From positions 1-64,000 of the forward strand of contig KZ537964.1 of the NCBI GenBank assembly GCA_000934665.2: 64,000 bases of DNA, read 5' to 3'. Below the pieces are notes generated by a model that worked only from the letters and a program-made list of their open reading frames with translations, had not been told where the DNA came from and did no database searches. Shown piece by piece: positions 50,433 through 63,451 of this stretch (position 1 is the stretch's first letter; each line of letters begins with the position of its first letter). The stretch comes from Catajapyx aquilonaris. Its lineage: Eukaryota. A program made the translations under genes and the position numbers.

Positions 50433-52539
50433 CCCTCGAGGCTCTCTAGACAACGTGGCCGACGTTTGCGACGTTGCTAAAGCTCTGGAAGGAACGTTCC
50501 AGTATGAATTTCGTTCCTGGCAACGTTTGGAGCTGCGCGAGTGTGGGTGCGCACTCATCTACATAATAAGCCAGCAAGCCCGAATTTTCTGGTCAGATAA
50601 TCTAGTATGCTCACAATATGACATGTGGGTTGCACACATCCTGATACAAGTGAAGTTGGCAACATGGCGGCAAGGCGTCGCGGATTTTGACAGGCGTCGG
50701 ATGCGAAGTGTCAGGCCAAGCGCAGAATCAACAAACGGGTCACGGCACTTTTTTACCCTCCATCTTTTTTTTTTTCTTTTCTAGAGAAGGGCTTGGNATG
50801 GGGGCTTGGGGGGGGGGGGGGGTGAACTCTGCTGAAAACACTCCACAATCATGGCCGTCAAGGCAGCCGCTGAGTGACGCCGACAAAAAGAAGTCGGGGA
50901 CTTTTTGGCCCCCTTCCTTCGGCGGACACCCGCATTTTGCTTCCATCACTTTCTCCTGGGAGGCGGTCGTGTCAAATTGGAGGCTCAGGGGAACAAACCA
51001 GGCCTTATAGATGTGGGACCGTCACCTTTGACCTGGGATTATCAGGAGTGGTGACAAAAATGGGTGGGAATAAATAGTGGCTGGGCGTATACAGTTGGGA
51101 TGCCAAACTTGGTGGAAAATGTCAAATGGCATAACCAAAATTGTGATGGTTCTTTCAATCGTGGTGACAGGTTGTCGACTGATGGTTTTTTTTTAGAGTG
51201 GGGGGGGGGGGGGNNNNGGGGGGGGGGGGTTATGACAAGTTTTATTGTGATGATTCGGTTCATAAACTGGGTGTATGAACGCAAATTAAGGTAAAATCTT
51301 TGATTATTGTTAAGGCATATACATAAGTAGTCTGAAATGTTTTGGCGATTATTGGTCAGTTAGCTGCTTATTTTTTTAAAGCACTGCAGCATGGTCTCTT
51401 CTGCAAAATCAGTGATTGACCCGGATTGACCTCATGTTCCAATGGGTAACTCATAATGTGACATTGATTGCTGTGCATGATTTCACTTTTCCAAATAATA
51501 CGCTGTAAGTACAGCTCTATTTCAGGAGCCCCTATAAAAGTAACTGATTGTTAATAAAATATTAGAACAGAATATTTGATAACGTAGCAACACGTTGTGA
51601 ACAGAACATTACATAAGAGTCCGCATATCTTTGGCGTGATCGATCCGCATGACCTTGTCACTAAGAAAAATCCCGGTCAACAAATAAGGCCAATCGATTC
51701 ACATCATGAAACCTCGAACCATTGTCTAGTAAACAATAAAAGGTCCTAAAAATGTGCAAAAAAATAATGGCATGTCCGCATATGTCATGTGGCGACACGG
51801 TGTCTGGACATACACTCAGATATGTGGCCACATATTATTCCATTTCCCAAACCTCCGAACGTTTGTAATATTGACAGTTTTTTGTTTATTGAACCCCCAG
51901 TTTTTCGAAACCTTTTCCTCCCTACTCAGTTTCCCCTGAAATATTTACCCTTCCGCATGATGGACAATGACGGAAATCCCGAGGAACATGGGGAGGGAGG
52001 GGGGGATGGATAGAAATCATTTCTATTTTCCGCCCCGACACTGTCATGCCTTTTCAAAATCTGTGACAGTTTCTTTATTGTCGTGTCACTAAAACAGAAT
52101 CTCAAGTGATTCCCGTCGTGGACAGAATTAGGTACAAAAATGGATATGCCAGAGGGTTTTCAATCTATGCAATCGACTTCATTATTCGCCTACTCGGAAA
52201 CACATTTTATTCTCCGTTGGGTATAGGGTACGCCGGTACGGCACGCAACCTGGCTGTAAATGTTTCGTCATGACTCAGCCGAACGGGTGAAAGTATGCAA
52301 CAAAAGTGTCGTCGAATGTGAACGGTGACAGATAAGGGCACTTGCAAGTGACAGCAAGGAAAATAATAACACACTATTTTCTTATAAAGTGGAATAAATT
52401 AATTTTAATTAAACAAACGAGGTAGTATATGAATTACTGTAGACAGCTATAATTGGCAAAAATTAATACCAATCAATAACTGATATATTATTTAACAATA
52501 TAAGTTACAGTGACTGGAAATATTAAGTTTGGCCTAATG

Positions 52540-52730
52540 AGTAAAATATTTATTTATGTCAACGGATATTTATTTGTTAATGAATAAAATATTTATGTCG
52601 ACGAATAAAATATGTATTTGTCAACGAATAAAATAGTCAATGAATTTGTCAATGAATAATATATTCATTTGTTAATGAATAATATATTCATTTGTTAAGG
52701 AATAATATATTCATTTGCTAATGAATCAAG
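52540..52730. repeat. AT-rich minisatellite, about 23-bp unit
   Basis: Unit AATGAATAATATATTCATTTGTT with degenerate flanking copies. Confidence 0.75.
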
Positions 52731-54820
52731 TATGAAAATGCATTGAGAGGCGTGAATAAATTCGTAAATAATAATACATATGGCAAATAACTAATACATA
52801 CCGGTACCGATAAAAATATTTATCCATTTATTAAATTAGGCCGAAAGATCAATTATACGAAAATTACGCAAATATCTAAATACAAAATATAGTAGGTATT
52901 AACACATAAACTGTGAAAACTGAAATCTTATTTCAATGCCTAGTTTTTTTAAACAATTTTGAACGAAAATTGCGATATTCGCTCTCCTAACCTCAGTTTT
53001 TGAGGCAGTCTATAGCTCACAGTCATATGCAAAGGACTATCTTCTGCAAGCCGCAGATCCTAGCCGAAAGAGCGCTGTCACCTCATAGTCCGGTGTTGCA
53101 ACAATTCCAACAGTTCATAGCAATCAAAATTTAGTTCCACATCCCACAGCCCTTTACCAGAACAGTCCGGAGAAAAAAAGCCCAACTGTTTTCTAAACGA
53201 CGCGACAAGAGAAAATGAACGACAGTCCTAAAACCCCCAGAATAAAATACTGAAACTTATTCCACGGGTATGGAGGGGGACCCTGCGGTAATTTTCTCCT
53301 GCGTCCGTTCCGTCACATAACTTTGATTCAGTGGTCATGAAATCTTTCAGCCCAATTCAACACAACGGTGGTGCACCCCCTCTTTCCACACTCGGGAGGG
53401 CTCTCCATCTCCTACCTTATTTAACAAAATTGGCAAAGTCCAAATTGAGATTGGTAATGGGCAAAGTTCATCACGACCCCCACGTCCTACCATAAAATTT
53501 CTACCCATGACCCACACTATTTTTTGGGGGGAGAACCACCAGACTTTTTCAGTGGGGTGGAGGAAAAAGCTTTGGATTAATGCACTAAATATGCCACTGA
53601 ACCCCTGAGGGGGGTAGATGGGGGGACTGAAATGACCATTACGGAGGAAACCGACACTAAATATTGTGGAAGCTACGGGGGGGAACTACGAAAAAAGAAT
53701 AGTCTGTGGGTGCCCAGAAAATCTAGACTTGTGGACCTGCACTGTTCACACCTACGTGTGGGCCCATAAATTGTTTATAGACAACAATTGGCTAGTCTTA
53801 TATAGAATTTGGTGGCGAAACTATCACCAACGTGCATATAGTACTGCTTTCCCCCGAGAGCGGCTCGCAGTGTACAGAGAGCCCGTGCGCCACCTGGTAG
53901 CAGGGAGCGTCCGGGCAGTGTTGCCAAGGTTCAATTTCGTAAAATTTTTCCAAATAAATTCCTCGAGTGTTTGCCCACACCTAAGCTACACATGACAAAC
54001 GACGCAAAACAATTTTCGTTACCCATAATTGCGTAACGACTCAACACCATTAATTCATACTGGCCCTTTTAAAGCCTATTGCAGAATAATCCAGCATAAG
54101 TCAGCAAGACTGATGTGGAACCCCCCTACAAAAGTTGAAATCTGGCTGGGAAATCGCCCTCTTCCCAAGTCAACGATCGGATTGGAAATAATTCCTGCAC
54201 AGGGCAATTAAACCGAGTTCACTGCATAAAAGAATGGCCTGTAATGCTCAGTTATGGCGCCATAACTGCACATTAGCAGTATGGAGGCGAGTTGGTGTTG
54301 AATCATATTTAGCCATGAAGAGGGTGGGGGTAGGGGGAAAAAATCATGGGGGGTTGAAAAGAGGGGGGGATTTATCGCGGACCATTCCTCATTGGCCAGA
54401 CTCATCAAATGTTAATTCGAGCCCTGGAATACGCAGTTAGCACCGATGCAAGTGCAGGCCATAGCCTAATCAGCTTCCTGCCTCCGCACATATAATTATA
54501 ATAATTTCCGCCTCATAACGCACGGTTAGGCTCTAATGTAGTGGCGCCACTCGTATTTTTCACGCCCAGCAAAAGTCTATATGTCCGCCTAAAAATATGG
54601 CGCTACTATCGCCCAGTGCCAGTGCCAACAATGAGGAAGGATGATGGCACGGTTGAGGTGACCGCCAGATAAAATGTCGCAGGTGTCAGATTTAGTCGGC
54701 ACGTTTGTTGGTGTCGCCAGGGAATATTAATAGGGCAGCAATTTCAAAGCAGGAAAGCCATGAGTGGCATATGTGACCCCCCTCCCCCTTCCCCTATATA
54801 ATGCACTGTCACATATGCCT

Positions 54821-55316
54821 GGGGTCGTATTCAGAGAGCTGGCAGGTGCAACTTTAGTCTGAGATAAATCTGATTTTATAATCTTATGTGTAATAAATAT
54901 TTAATATAATTAACGTATTAATTTATAGTTTAACGTATTAATGAATTCAAATGACTATCTTCTAATCTGCATATTCTCTCTGTCGGATGTTTGTCCGACT
55001 TGATAGTACCGGTACCGCACAACTTGAGAGTGGCAGGAGTGTGCAGAGGAAGGTATGGAAAAGGCGCGCCATCTATGCGTGAAGTATAATACTACGCCAT
55101 AAATCGCCCGCTAGAGCGCCACTATCATGCCGGACAAACATCCGATGGTGAGAAATAGCATATTAGAACATAATACCAAATTTTAGCAACGGGTTCACTA
55201 GTACAGGCTTAGTCCAGATTTTAGCTATAAAAATGCTAGTCTTGTCGTCTATAGCTAGATGCTATCTAGTCCTAGCTTAGTCCAGTGACTATCCAATGGT
55301 TTCTGAATACGACCCC
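54821..55316. mobile_element. TIR element (possibly PIF/Harbinger-like MITE) containing a nested MITE
   Basis: Perfect 15-bp inverted termini GGGGTCGTATTCAGA (54821-54835) / TCTGAATACGACCCC (55302-55316). No clear TSD; the superfamily is a guess. Confidence 0.65.
54960..55168. mobile_element. MITE with about 38-bp imperfect TIRs
   Basis: TTCTAATCTGCATATTCTCTCTGTCGGATGTTTGTCCG ... CGGACAAACATCCGATGGTGAGAAATAGCATATTAGAA; second copy at 46626-46790. Confidence 0.8.
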
Positions 55317-57492
55317 GTTTACTCAGCAATAAATCCTTCCTTTGTGTCGCATCTGTGACACACAAAAAAATATTCGGGGTCGGACGTCGGTTGGGAGCAA
55401 AGGGGTCAGCATGTTCTTATCCCAAATGACCTGGGCGTCGTTCCTTATCGTTCCACCGCCGGATAATATCCAGAACGACCTCTGGCGGTGCCCAATTCTT
55501 CTTCCTCTCTTTTTCCTCGAGGAAGCCCAAGGAAACCGTTCCTTTTCCAGCAGCACCTTGGAAAAGCCCGTGGCTCAATTTCCCGCTACATAAAGCGCGT
55601 TAAGATTGTGGAAGGTGAATTATGGAGTGTAAAAATAAGCGATATGCGGTTGATCCTTTTATTGCTATTGCGGCTGTAAATTATCCTCCTGAACAGATGC
55701 CACGGAAATCTCACATGGCGACAAGAAATATGGACTGGAGACGGTTTTAATGGCGGCCCAGCCTAGATGAAAAAGTTTCTTTCTGACCCCACCACTTTTT
55801 TTTCCTTCTAGCTCTCAAGCCTTTGTACTAAAACCGGAGTGCCAGCGTTGCCAAATCGAATTGACGAAGACGCCGCTAGAGAGCGCGCTGGTAGCTGGCC
55901 TTGAACTCTCAAATGCGGGGTTGCCATTCATTGAAATTCTCTCTGAATAGCAACACTGCTACAAGTAGTTTCTACACCCAGTTATTTGTAAGTCATTTAC
56001 AGCCATATACGTGTGTAATATATTTATATACCATATTTATATTATTAATGTCAAATATACCAAATATTACATTTTCCCTGGTGCCATTTTTATCATTTCT
56101 GTGGATCTCAGTTCTTGGAAAAAAAGAAAAATGGAGCCAAGATCAGTGACAAGCAAACAATATCGTTCCCATATCATATTTTATTATATTTTAAATTACT
56201 ATAATAACATACATTGATATTTACATATAACTCATGCGTACAGCTGTCCTGTACCAGTTTTCTTCCCAAATTACTCATGACCTGCATGTGTCGGCGCGAA
56301 ACGAGAAAGCATGTCCCATTCCCATGTCTGACGCCAGTTAGGTGATTAAAAAGTGTAATTAACACGATCAAGTCGCATTAGGTGCAGGTGTGGCAAACGG
56401 GTGGGGTATTTTTTTTTTCCTAGGTGGTAGAACCGCGCCCAAGAAGTTTCCGTGTCCTGGCCCTCTGGATGTATGTGTAAGAGAGGCCCCAGTTTTTACC
56501 ATGCTCCTTTTCAGACAGGGGGCTCACAAAGTACGTATTAAGTTTTCCTGCAAATAGCCCTCTGGGCTCCCTTCAGTCTGCGTCCTAAGTGTTAAAGCCG
56601 TCTTTCCCGAGATACGACGCTGTAAAAGTTAATTACCCTTCCTACTAGCTACATGCTGTATTTTTTGGAGGTTGCCTCTACTGTACTACCACCCACCAAT
56701 TTTGGCCATCTTGTGAAAAAAAGTGCACTGCGGAGTATGTGACCCCACATTGTGATATATTTGCATACATTTCAATATTGTCAATATTGCAATTAGACAA
56801 ATAATTATTGTCAGGGTATGGTGACATGTGGAGAAGACAATAATAGGAAGACACTGGTAGAGACAAGCACAATGGTTGGTAAGGGCTTAGATTGACACTG
56901 GACATAAACTCCAGGAGGCAGATCCAACTTGATCCTGCTTAAGTCCCATGGAAAAAAAAATCCTCGAAGCAAAGGGAGGGTTGTTGGAAAAGGAGAGGAA
57001 AGAGATGCAATGCAGTTGAAGAAAGTCGAGTCGGTTTTGTTTGCAAGGCTTGCTTAATCCGGTTCTTAGGGCCAGTTGGAAGTGGGCTGGCAGCCCATTC
57101 GGCGAAGGCCAATGGAAGCCATCTGCATACGATTCCCCTTCTGGAGCAAAACCCCGGAGTCTACTTGGCGGATTTTGGCCCACATTTCGGATGAAGAATG
57201 GCCTCCAGTACGGCTGTATTTAAAATCTCCGCCAGCCGTAAAGCGTAGGGGGGTAAGAGCTGGAGATGGGAGGGAGAGGGGAGGATATGAAGATGCACCC
57301 ATCCCCCAATTTAAGTTACTTATGGAGCCGCCTTGGAGAGGTTCCAGGAAAGGGAAGAAGAAGAAGAAGGGGAAAAAAGAACTGAGGCCATAAAGAAGGA
57401 TCACCTTAGCCTTCACCACTATTCTTGACTGCAGGAATAACGGTTTGGATCTAGGGCTACCAAGCGTATGTCTCTAGTGATTAATTGTTGAA

Positions 57493-57727
57493 CTGTAATT
57501 ATTTTCTACAATCATTATTAGCATTATCAATGTCTCTTTTATCTTCTAAAGTTGAGAAAAAGCATCTAAATGCTAAAATATCCTGGGGAGCACCAGACAA
57601 CATCAGGGGTATAATTGCTGCTGTAATTATTTTCTACCGTTATTACTAGCATTATCAATGTTTCTATTATCTGATAAAGTTGAGAAAAAGCCTCTAAATG
57701 CACAAATATCCTGGGGAACACCAGACC
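57493..57727. repeat. Tandem duplication, 128-bp offset
   Basis: CTGTAATTATTTTCTAC...TAAAGTTGAGAAAAAGC.TCTAAATGC...ATATCCTGGGGA.CACCAGAC at 57493 and 57621. Confidence 0.9.
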
Positions 57728-60700
57728 CTTGTCCACCAGACAACACCAGCGGTATGTCGTCGCCTGGATAGGACATAAAAATAGACCCGGTGAATAGGGG
57801 CATCGCTCCCTACCCCCTTGATGAAGGTCCCTGACACCAGAGGGCCTGAACTGTGGGGGTGTGTGGATGGTGGCAGGGGTGGTAGTCGTATTTCCTCCTG
57901 ATGAAAAAGAGTGAGATTTACGAACTGGAGGCCATGTCGGTAGCAGCTGCTCAAGCCCTCTCTTTGTCACTAGGTGGCCACGATGTCACTTGACGCAGCG
58001 GGGCTTCCTTCCCCGTGTTGCCGCCCCTCCCCTTCCCTCTACCTAAAATTGGTTTCGGCCATGTTTCGGACCCAGTTTTGCGGCGACAAAGACAAACGCC
58101 CCCTCCCTAGAGCACAGGAAAAAAACTATATATATAAAAAGATTCTTTACGTTAAACCATGAAGGCCCCCTTTGTGATATATTGCAGTAGCGGCACGGGC
58201 CTTTCATCATGCAAAAAGCTTACTTTGACAACACTGAGGGTTGGGTTTTTTGGAAATGTTATATTACTTGCTGTCTTTGTGCGCTAGACTTTGCCTGCTC
58301 TGATATGTGATTCGTTTTGATGATGGCACATGCATAGGGAGGAAGGATTGAAAAAAAATGGTCAATACGCCATTGGATATATCGAGCACAGAGCAAAATT
58401 GTGTTTGCAAACCTCAAATAATAAAACGTTATGAGAGGGCGGCCATTGTTGGCAGTTTGGCAACGTGGGCCATGATTGATGCGGCCCGCGATGGTGTCTC
58501 CACATAAGCCGTGGCGGGTAGGTGATGGATCGCCTATCTAGGGGGCCTCACTCCCCTGCGGAGTCGGCCCCATTATCCGGGGCACCCCCGTAACGTAAAG
58601 GAGAAATGCCAGGCATCAGCAGCCCGCCCCCGACTAAATGCTTTCCGAACAGTTATGATAGATTGAAGGCCCCGCCGAAGACACTTATTTCCAGACCCTG
58701 ACGCTGATGTATGGCCTCCCAGGGACTTGATACTTGAAGGTTTTCCTAGTCTCAGCTGGTGCGGGATGAGCTGAAGAAAGAGACACCATGACACAATCGT
58801 ACAGACCTAGGCAAGGTGTATACTACTTGCTAAAAATATTGTTAAATTACGTACACTGTATCACTGTATCAGTGGCGTGCAGTCCCGCCATCTAGAGAGA
58901 TTTGAATGAACGACATTTCACCAGATTGTGGAACAGATCAATCATTTAGAACAGCCTATGAATCACAGTGCACTCTCTGCCCAGCTAGAGGTCCATTTGA
59001 TCCGCCCTTTTAAAAAATGGCCACCACATGAACCCCCCTCGAAGCCTCCGGATTATAATGTTCGGTTCGCATGGCGACAGCCGATCCTTGGGACGCAGAA
59101 ACCTTCCACTTGTCTTTCAACCGTGGAAAAAAGCATCTAGCTAATTGGGCAGCTAGCCCTCACAGGGGGTTACCCAGCCATGATTCAGTGTGGCAGCCAT
59201 ACACGAATAAAGTAGCTCAAACCCCCCCACAGCATGTTGTGCTCCCCTGACGTCCCACTTATGGTTCCAGATGGCAGATGATAATAAATGACCGTCATCA
59301 AGACCAGGCGGTGCTTTATGTAGGCTACGTGTCTTGTGCACGTGACACTGTCAGATACCCCCCAAGGATCAAGCTGAAAGTTCAGATCTGCTACCTTACT
59401 CATTTGACTGTAATTCATGTACCGACTTGGAGATGGTACCCTCTTAATTATTGAGTGATTCAAGCGTCCTGTTGCATTTACAGTGCATTGTTAGCATTCA
59501 GTAATCTATAAGGCTATATATTCTAGGCGGCATTATGACCCGGAATATTAATCTGAGACTCCCGTGACCTCTCTCAACGGCTCCGGATCCTCTTCATCAA
59601 GAGAGCTCGGGTGTTGGGAGGGGTGTTCATCGGGGCCCGGTTTTTAGCTGGGTGGGGAGAGGAGCAGGCTAGAAATATTCCAGGCGTTTATCATTCCCCC
59701 CTAACCCAACCAATGGCATCTTTCCCTTTGATCTCAATGACCTTATTAATGTCACCGTCATTCTGCCCCGCCAAATGGATGGGGCGAATTTCGCGCCTTT
59801 TTATGGGAATCCGCTTCCTGTTATATTTTGCAGGAACCGTCGCGTCGTCGTTACTGCCTCCCTCCCCCCAAAAAATGGGGGAAGGGGGGCACATTCTTGG
59901 CCAAAAAAAAATTTCACCATATTTCTCCAGGCAGTAAATACCTGCAAAAACATGCAGGAAAATGTTTTGAAACTACAAAAGGGCTGGATGTGCTACATGA
60001 GACACAATTTTACATATGGGACATAATTATGACATAAGTGGATTAGCTGATTTAAAAAAATATATATGCCAAGTATTTTTAGGTTCATAACAAAACAGTG
60101 CAACATAAGAACAGCAAAGGAATAAGTAAATAAATAAGCTAATAAATAAATAAATACCTGTATGTTAATAAGTACATAAAAATAATTAATAAGTACGGTA
60201 ATAAATAAAACAAATAAGTACATACGTGCATGCATCCAACTAGTACATAAATCACCAACTGGTTAATTAATTAATTAACCTCTAAGTAAATAAATAAGCA
60301 ATTAGGCGGAAGTAAATAATCACAAATAAGTAGATTTATGAATAAATTGAGTTATTCAGCTGTGTGAATGATTATGTAGATTTGTTACGAGTAACAATCC
60401 TAATTTACTAAATGTGTACATCTGATTTATGAAATTATTTCCCTCCATGACACGACAATAATCACTGCCATAACAGGGTTGAAAAAGTGACTGATAATGA
60501 GTAAAAAGCGGCTCATTTCACACCGATGACGCCAATTGTCCGGGACAAACGCGAGCCCTAAATTAAAATGGATACTCCAAAGTGCATTTTAAGTCAGTAC
60601 GGTGGCGGTAATCGCCAAGCACATTTGCCACCAAAAACTCCAGCCCAGAAACGACTGCGTTTGTATATACACTTAGTTGTTGTTGTTTTTTTTTAAAAAA

Positions 60701-61305
60701 AAACTAGGAGGTGATATTTTTTTGCGGTTTAAAACCGAGCCTAAATATCGGCTCAGAATCCACTTTTGACTGCACCTGTAGCAGGCGATAGCGTGGCCAG
60801 CTCTCTTTATCATACACAAATTTATGGGGAAGTACAGACCGGGAGGTCGCAGTAATGTAATGAAATGGGCTTGGTAATCTGTAACAGCATTTATCATCAT
60901 ATAATGGTCGTTCCAACTGTCCCTGCACCTCCCCCAACTCTCCCTAGCAACCCCCACCACCAACTCCAAAGCGCTCATTTTACCCCCTCCATTTTCCCCT
61001 AGACCCAAAACCCCCTCAAGTCTCAACTCGTTCAAATGCAATTTGTAATCTGTTCGTATCACTACTGCTGAGGGGGGAATGGAGAGAATCCGCCATATTC
61101 ATGAGGTCCATTCAGGTCTGACCATGCGTGACAAAAAAAAAGGGTGACCGTCGAATGTGTCACAACAGCATCTGGCACTTATTTTGGTCTTTAAAATTAA
61201 TATCATCAAGCAATGCGACGTACCGTGCCTGACAGGGCCACACGCACCAGGGGCTGACGTCATTGGAAGTAGGTATTGCCATCTATGTGATGAGTGGTTG
61301 GGTAA

Positions 61306-61798
61306 GTATCGATATGCATAGTTTAGTCTACTTATAGTATCGATACACATATCGATACGTGTATCGTCATGTGTGTCGATAATGTATCAATATGTGAATC
61401 GACATGATTGTGGCGATTTGTGGCGATATGTGAATCGATATGGTATCGATATGTCGCGATGTGAGACGATATGTTAATCGATATTGCATCGATATGCCAA
61501 TCGATATTGTATCGATATGTTACTCGATATTGCATCGATATGCCAATCGATATTGTATCGATATGTTACTCGATATTGCATCGATATGCCAATCGATATT
61601 GTATCGATATGTTACTCGATATTGCATCGATATGCCAATCGATATTGCATCGGTGTGATACAATATCGATATTGTATCGATGTTACTCGATATCGCATCG
61701 ATGTGATACAATATCGATATGTGAATCGATATTGGATTGGTGCGTACATAGAGCATATAAACTACTTTCTTAAGCTCTTTTGGTGCGTATATCGATAC
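61306..61798. repeat. ATCGAT-rich array with a 46-bp higher-order repeat
   Basis: Unit TCGATATTGCATCGATATGCCAATCGATATTGTATCGATATGTTAC at 61478, 61524, 61570 and (partial) 61616, within a looser ATCGAT array. Confidence 0.92.
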
Positions 61799-62405
61799 GG
61801 TACGACTCATTGCGTGATTGGTGCGGTCATCCAAAAGTCATACAGACGACACCAGCACAAAACGCATCCATCACCTCCATGTCTCCACCCAGCGGCCGCC
61901 TAGGGATCACAAATGTTCATTTCTCCCCCTTTTTATTAAGTTGTGCCATTATTACCATGCAGCCATGACATAACCAGCACAAAAGTAGAATATTTTTGGG
62001 GGTTCCCCTGTGCTAGAAAATAGATCCGGCTGGACTCACAATCAGCTAGCGCCATTGAAAACGTGAGTTATGATCCTCTGGCATGACTTCAAATCGGGTC
62101 GTCATGAATGAATTAGAGCCCTCTGAACCACAGGAAATGCTGCTGGCTTTTGCAGGGCTTGTTGGTGGGGCTCCAAGGACAAAAATGGTCATATGCGCCA
62201 ATCCGGGGATGGATTCGGACGCCCTTGTCACATTACTTTTGCTGGAAGGTCTTTGGGGACGATTAGTTTTAATAGGTGTCCTGATAATCACCCGAAAACT
62301 ACCGCCGCTGGACGCCTGCCCACATAATACCCCGCCGGTATCAATACGTGTTACAGGATCGGGGCCTTTTCGGTCTTTGAACTCAAAAGTCGTTCATTAA
62401 CATTG

Positions 62406-62684
62406 TACCGACTCGGTACTGACTAAGTACCGCCTCTGTACTGACTAAGTACCGTACCGACTCTGTACTGACTAAGTGGAATCACGTTTCGGTTTTGATT
62501 GTATCAAGAAAATATTTCACATGGAATGTACACAACATCAGTTGCAACTTGTGGTACCGACTCGGTACCGACTCAGTACTGACTAGGTCCGGTTTTGTAC
62601 CGACTCACATGTCAGCGGAATTAAATTTTCAGTTTCGATTATATCAAAAAAATATTGCTCGTCACATGCAATGTACACAACATC
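62406..62684. repeat. GTACCGACTC/GTACTGACTAA repeats with a roughly 140-bp duplication
   Basis: Roughly 22-bp units at 62406-62477 and 62554-62606; ATGTACACAACATC block duplicated at about 62527 and 62671. Confidence 0.75.
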
Positions 62685-62985
62685 TGCCAACAACTAGGAT
62701 GGTGTCAGAGGTCACATGTGTCGACCCTTCGGTCCCATTCGACACTGTCAGCGACCCCCATCCATATTGATAAGCAAATAATATATCGGCCGTCATAAAT
62801 AATTACTAGCCGCAAACGCGTGAAGGTGGAGACAAACGCGACGTAATCTTCACTCCGGGGGTGTTTGATAAATTGTATCACGCTTGACATGGGGGTGGGG
62901 TAACTCCATCCATAAATCACCTCCCATAAATTTACCGACCAAATAACGTTATTGGTACCATCCTTTCTTTTCACACCTCCCTATT

Positions 62986-63088
62986 TACAAACAAACAAAC
63001 AAACAAACAAACAAACAAACAAACAAACAAATGAATGAATGAATGAATGAATGAATGAATGAATGAATGAATAAATAATTAAATAAAT
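62986..63088. repeat. Compound microsatellite (AAAC)n(AATG)n(AAAT)n
   Basis: Directly visible. Confidence 0.95.
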
Positions 63089-63290
63089 TGTGACGCTCTT
63101 CACTAGCAGGCAGTGGCGTCTGGTGGGTGTGGGCCTGAGGAAGTACTTTTTTGTAGTTGTGAAACGGCCTGGCTGCAAGCTGGTCTCACTAAATGGGTTG
63201 TCCCGAACTTGTGTAATATTGGACCACGACCATGACCCTGAGTGACCTTGAGGAGTCAAGATGGATGACCTAGGGAGGTCACCCCTCGCA
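63089..63290. mobile_element. Possible solo LTR (202 bp)
   Basis: GC-richer insert between microsatellites; TGTGACG...CCTCGCA (TG..CA, 5/7 inverted) with AAAT on both sides. The TSD is weak evidence because the flank is an AAAT repeat. Confidence 0.4.
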
Positions 63291-63309
63291 AAATAAATAT
63301 AGGCCTATA

Positions 63310-63420
63310 TATAGATAGGCAGATAAATAAATAAATAGATAAATAGACAGATAGGCAGACAGATAGACAGACAGATAGATAGATAGGCAAATAGCTAACT
63401 AGACAGACAGACAGACAGAC

Positions 63421-63449
<29 letters not shown>
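63310..63449. repeat. (AGAT)n/(AGAC)n microsatellite
   Basis: Directly visible. Confidence 0.93.

Positions 63450-63451
<2 letters not shown>

Noticed and set aside
49948..50784. 278-aa ORF
   Set aside because: It runs across a foldback element and an ATCGA-repeat MITE, has no recognisable domain, and begins at a non-ATG codon.
61332..61903. Several ORFs with repeated YRY/IDM peptides
   Set aside because: Translations of the ATCGAT tandem array.
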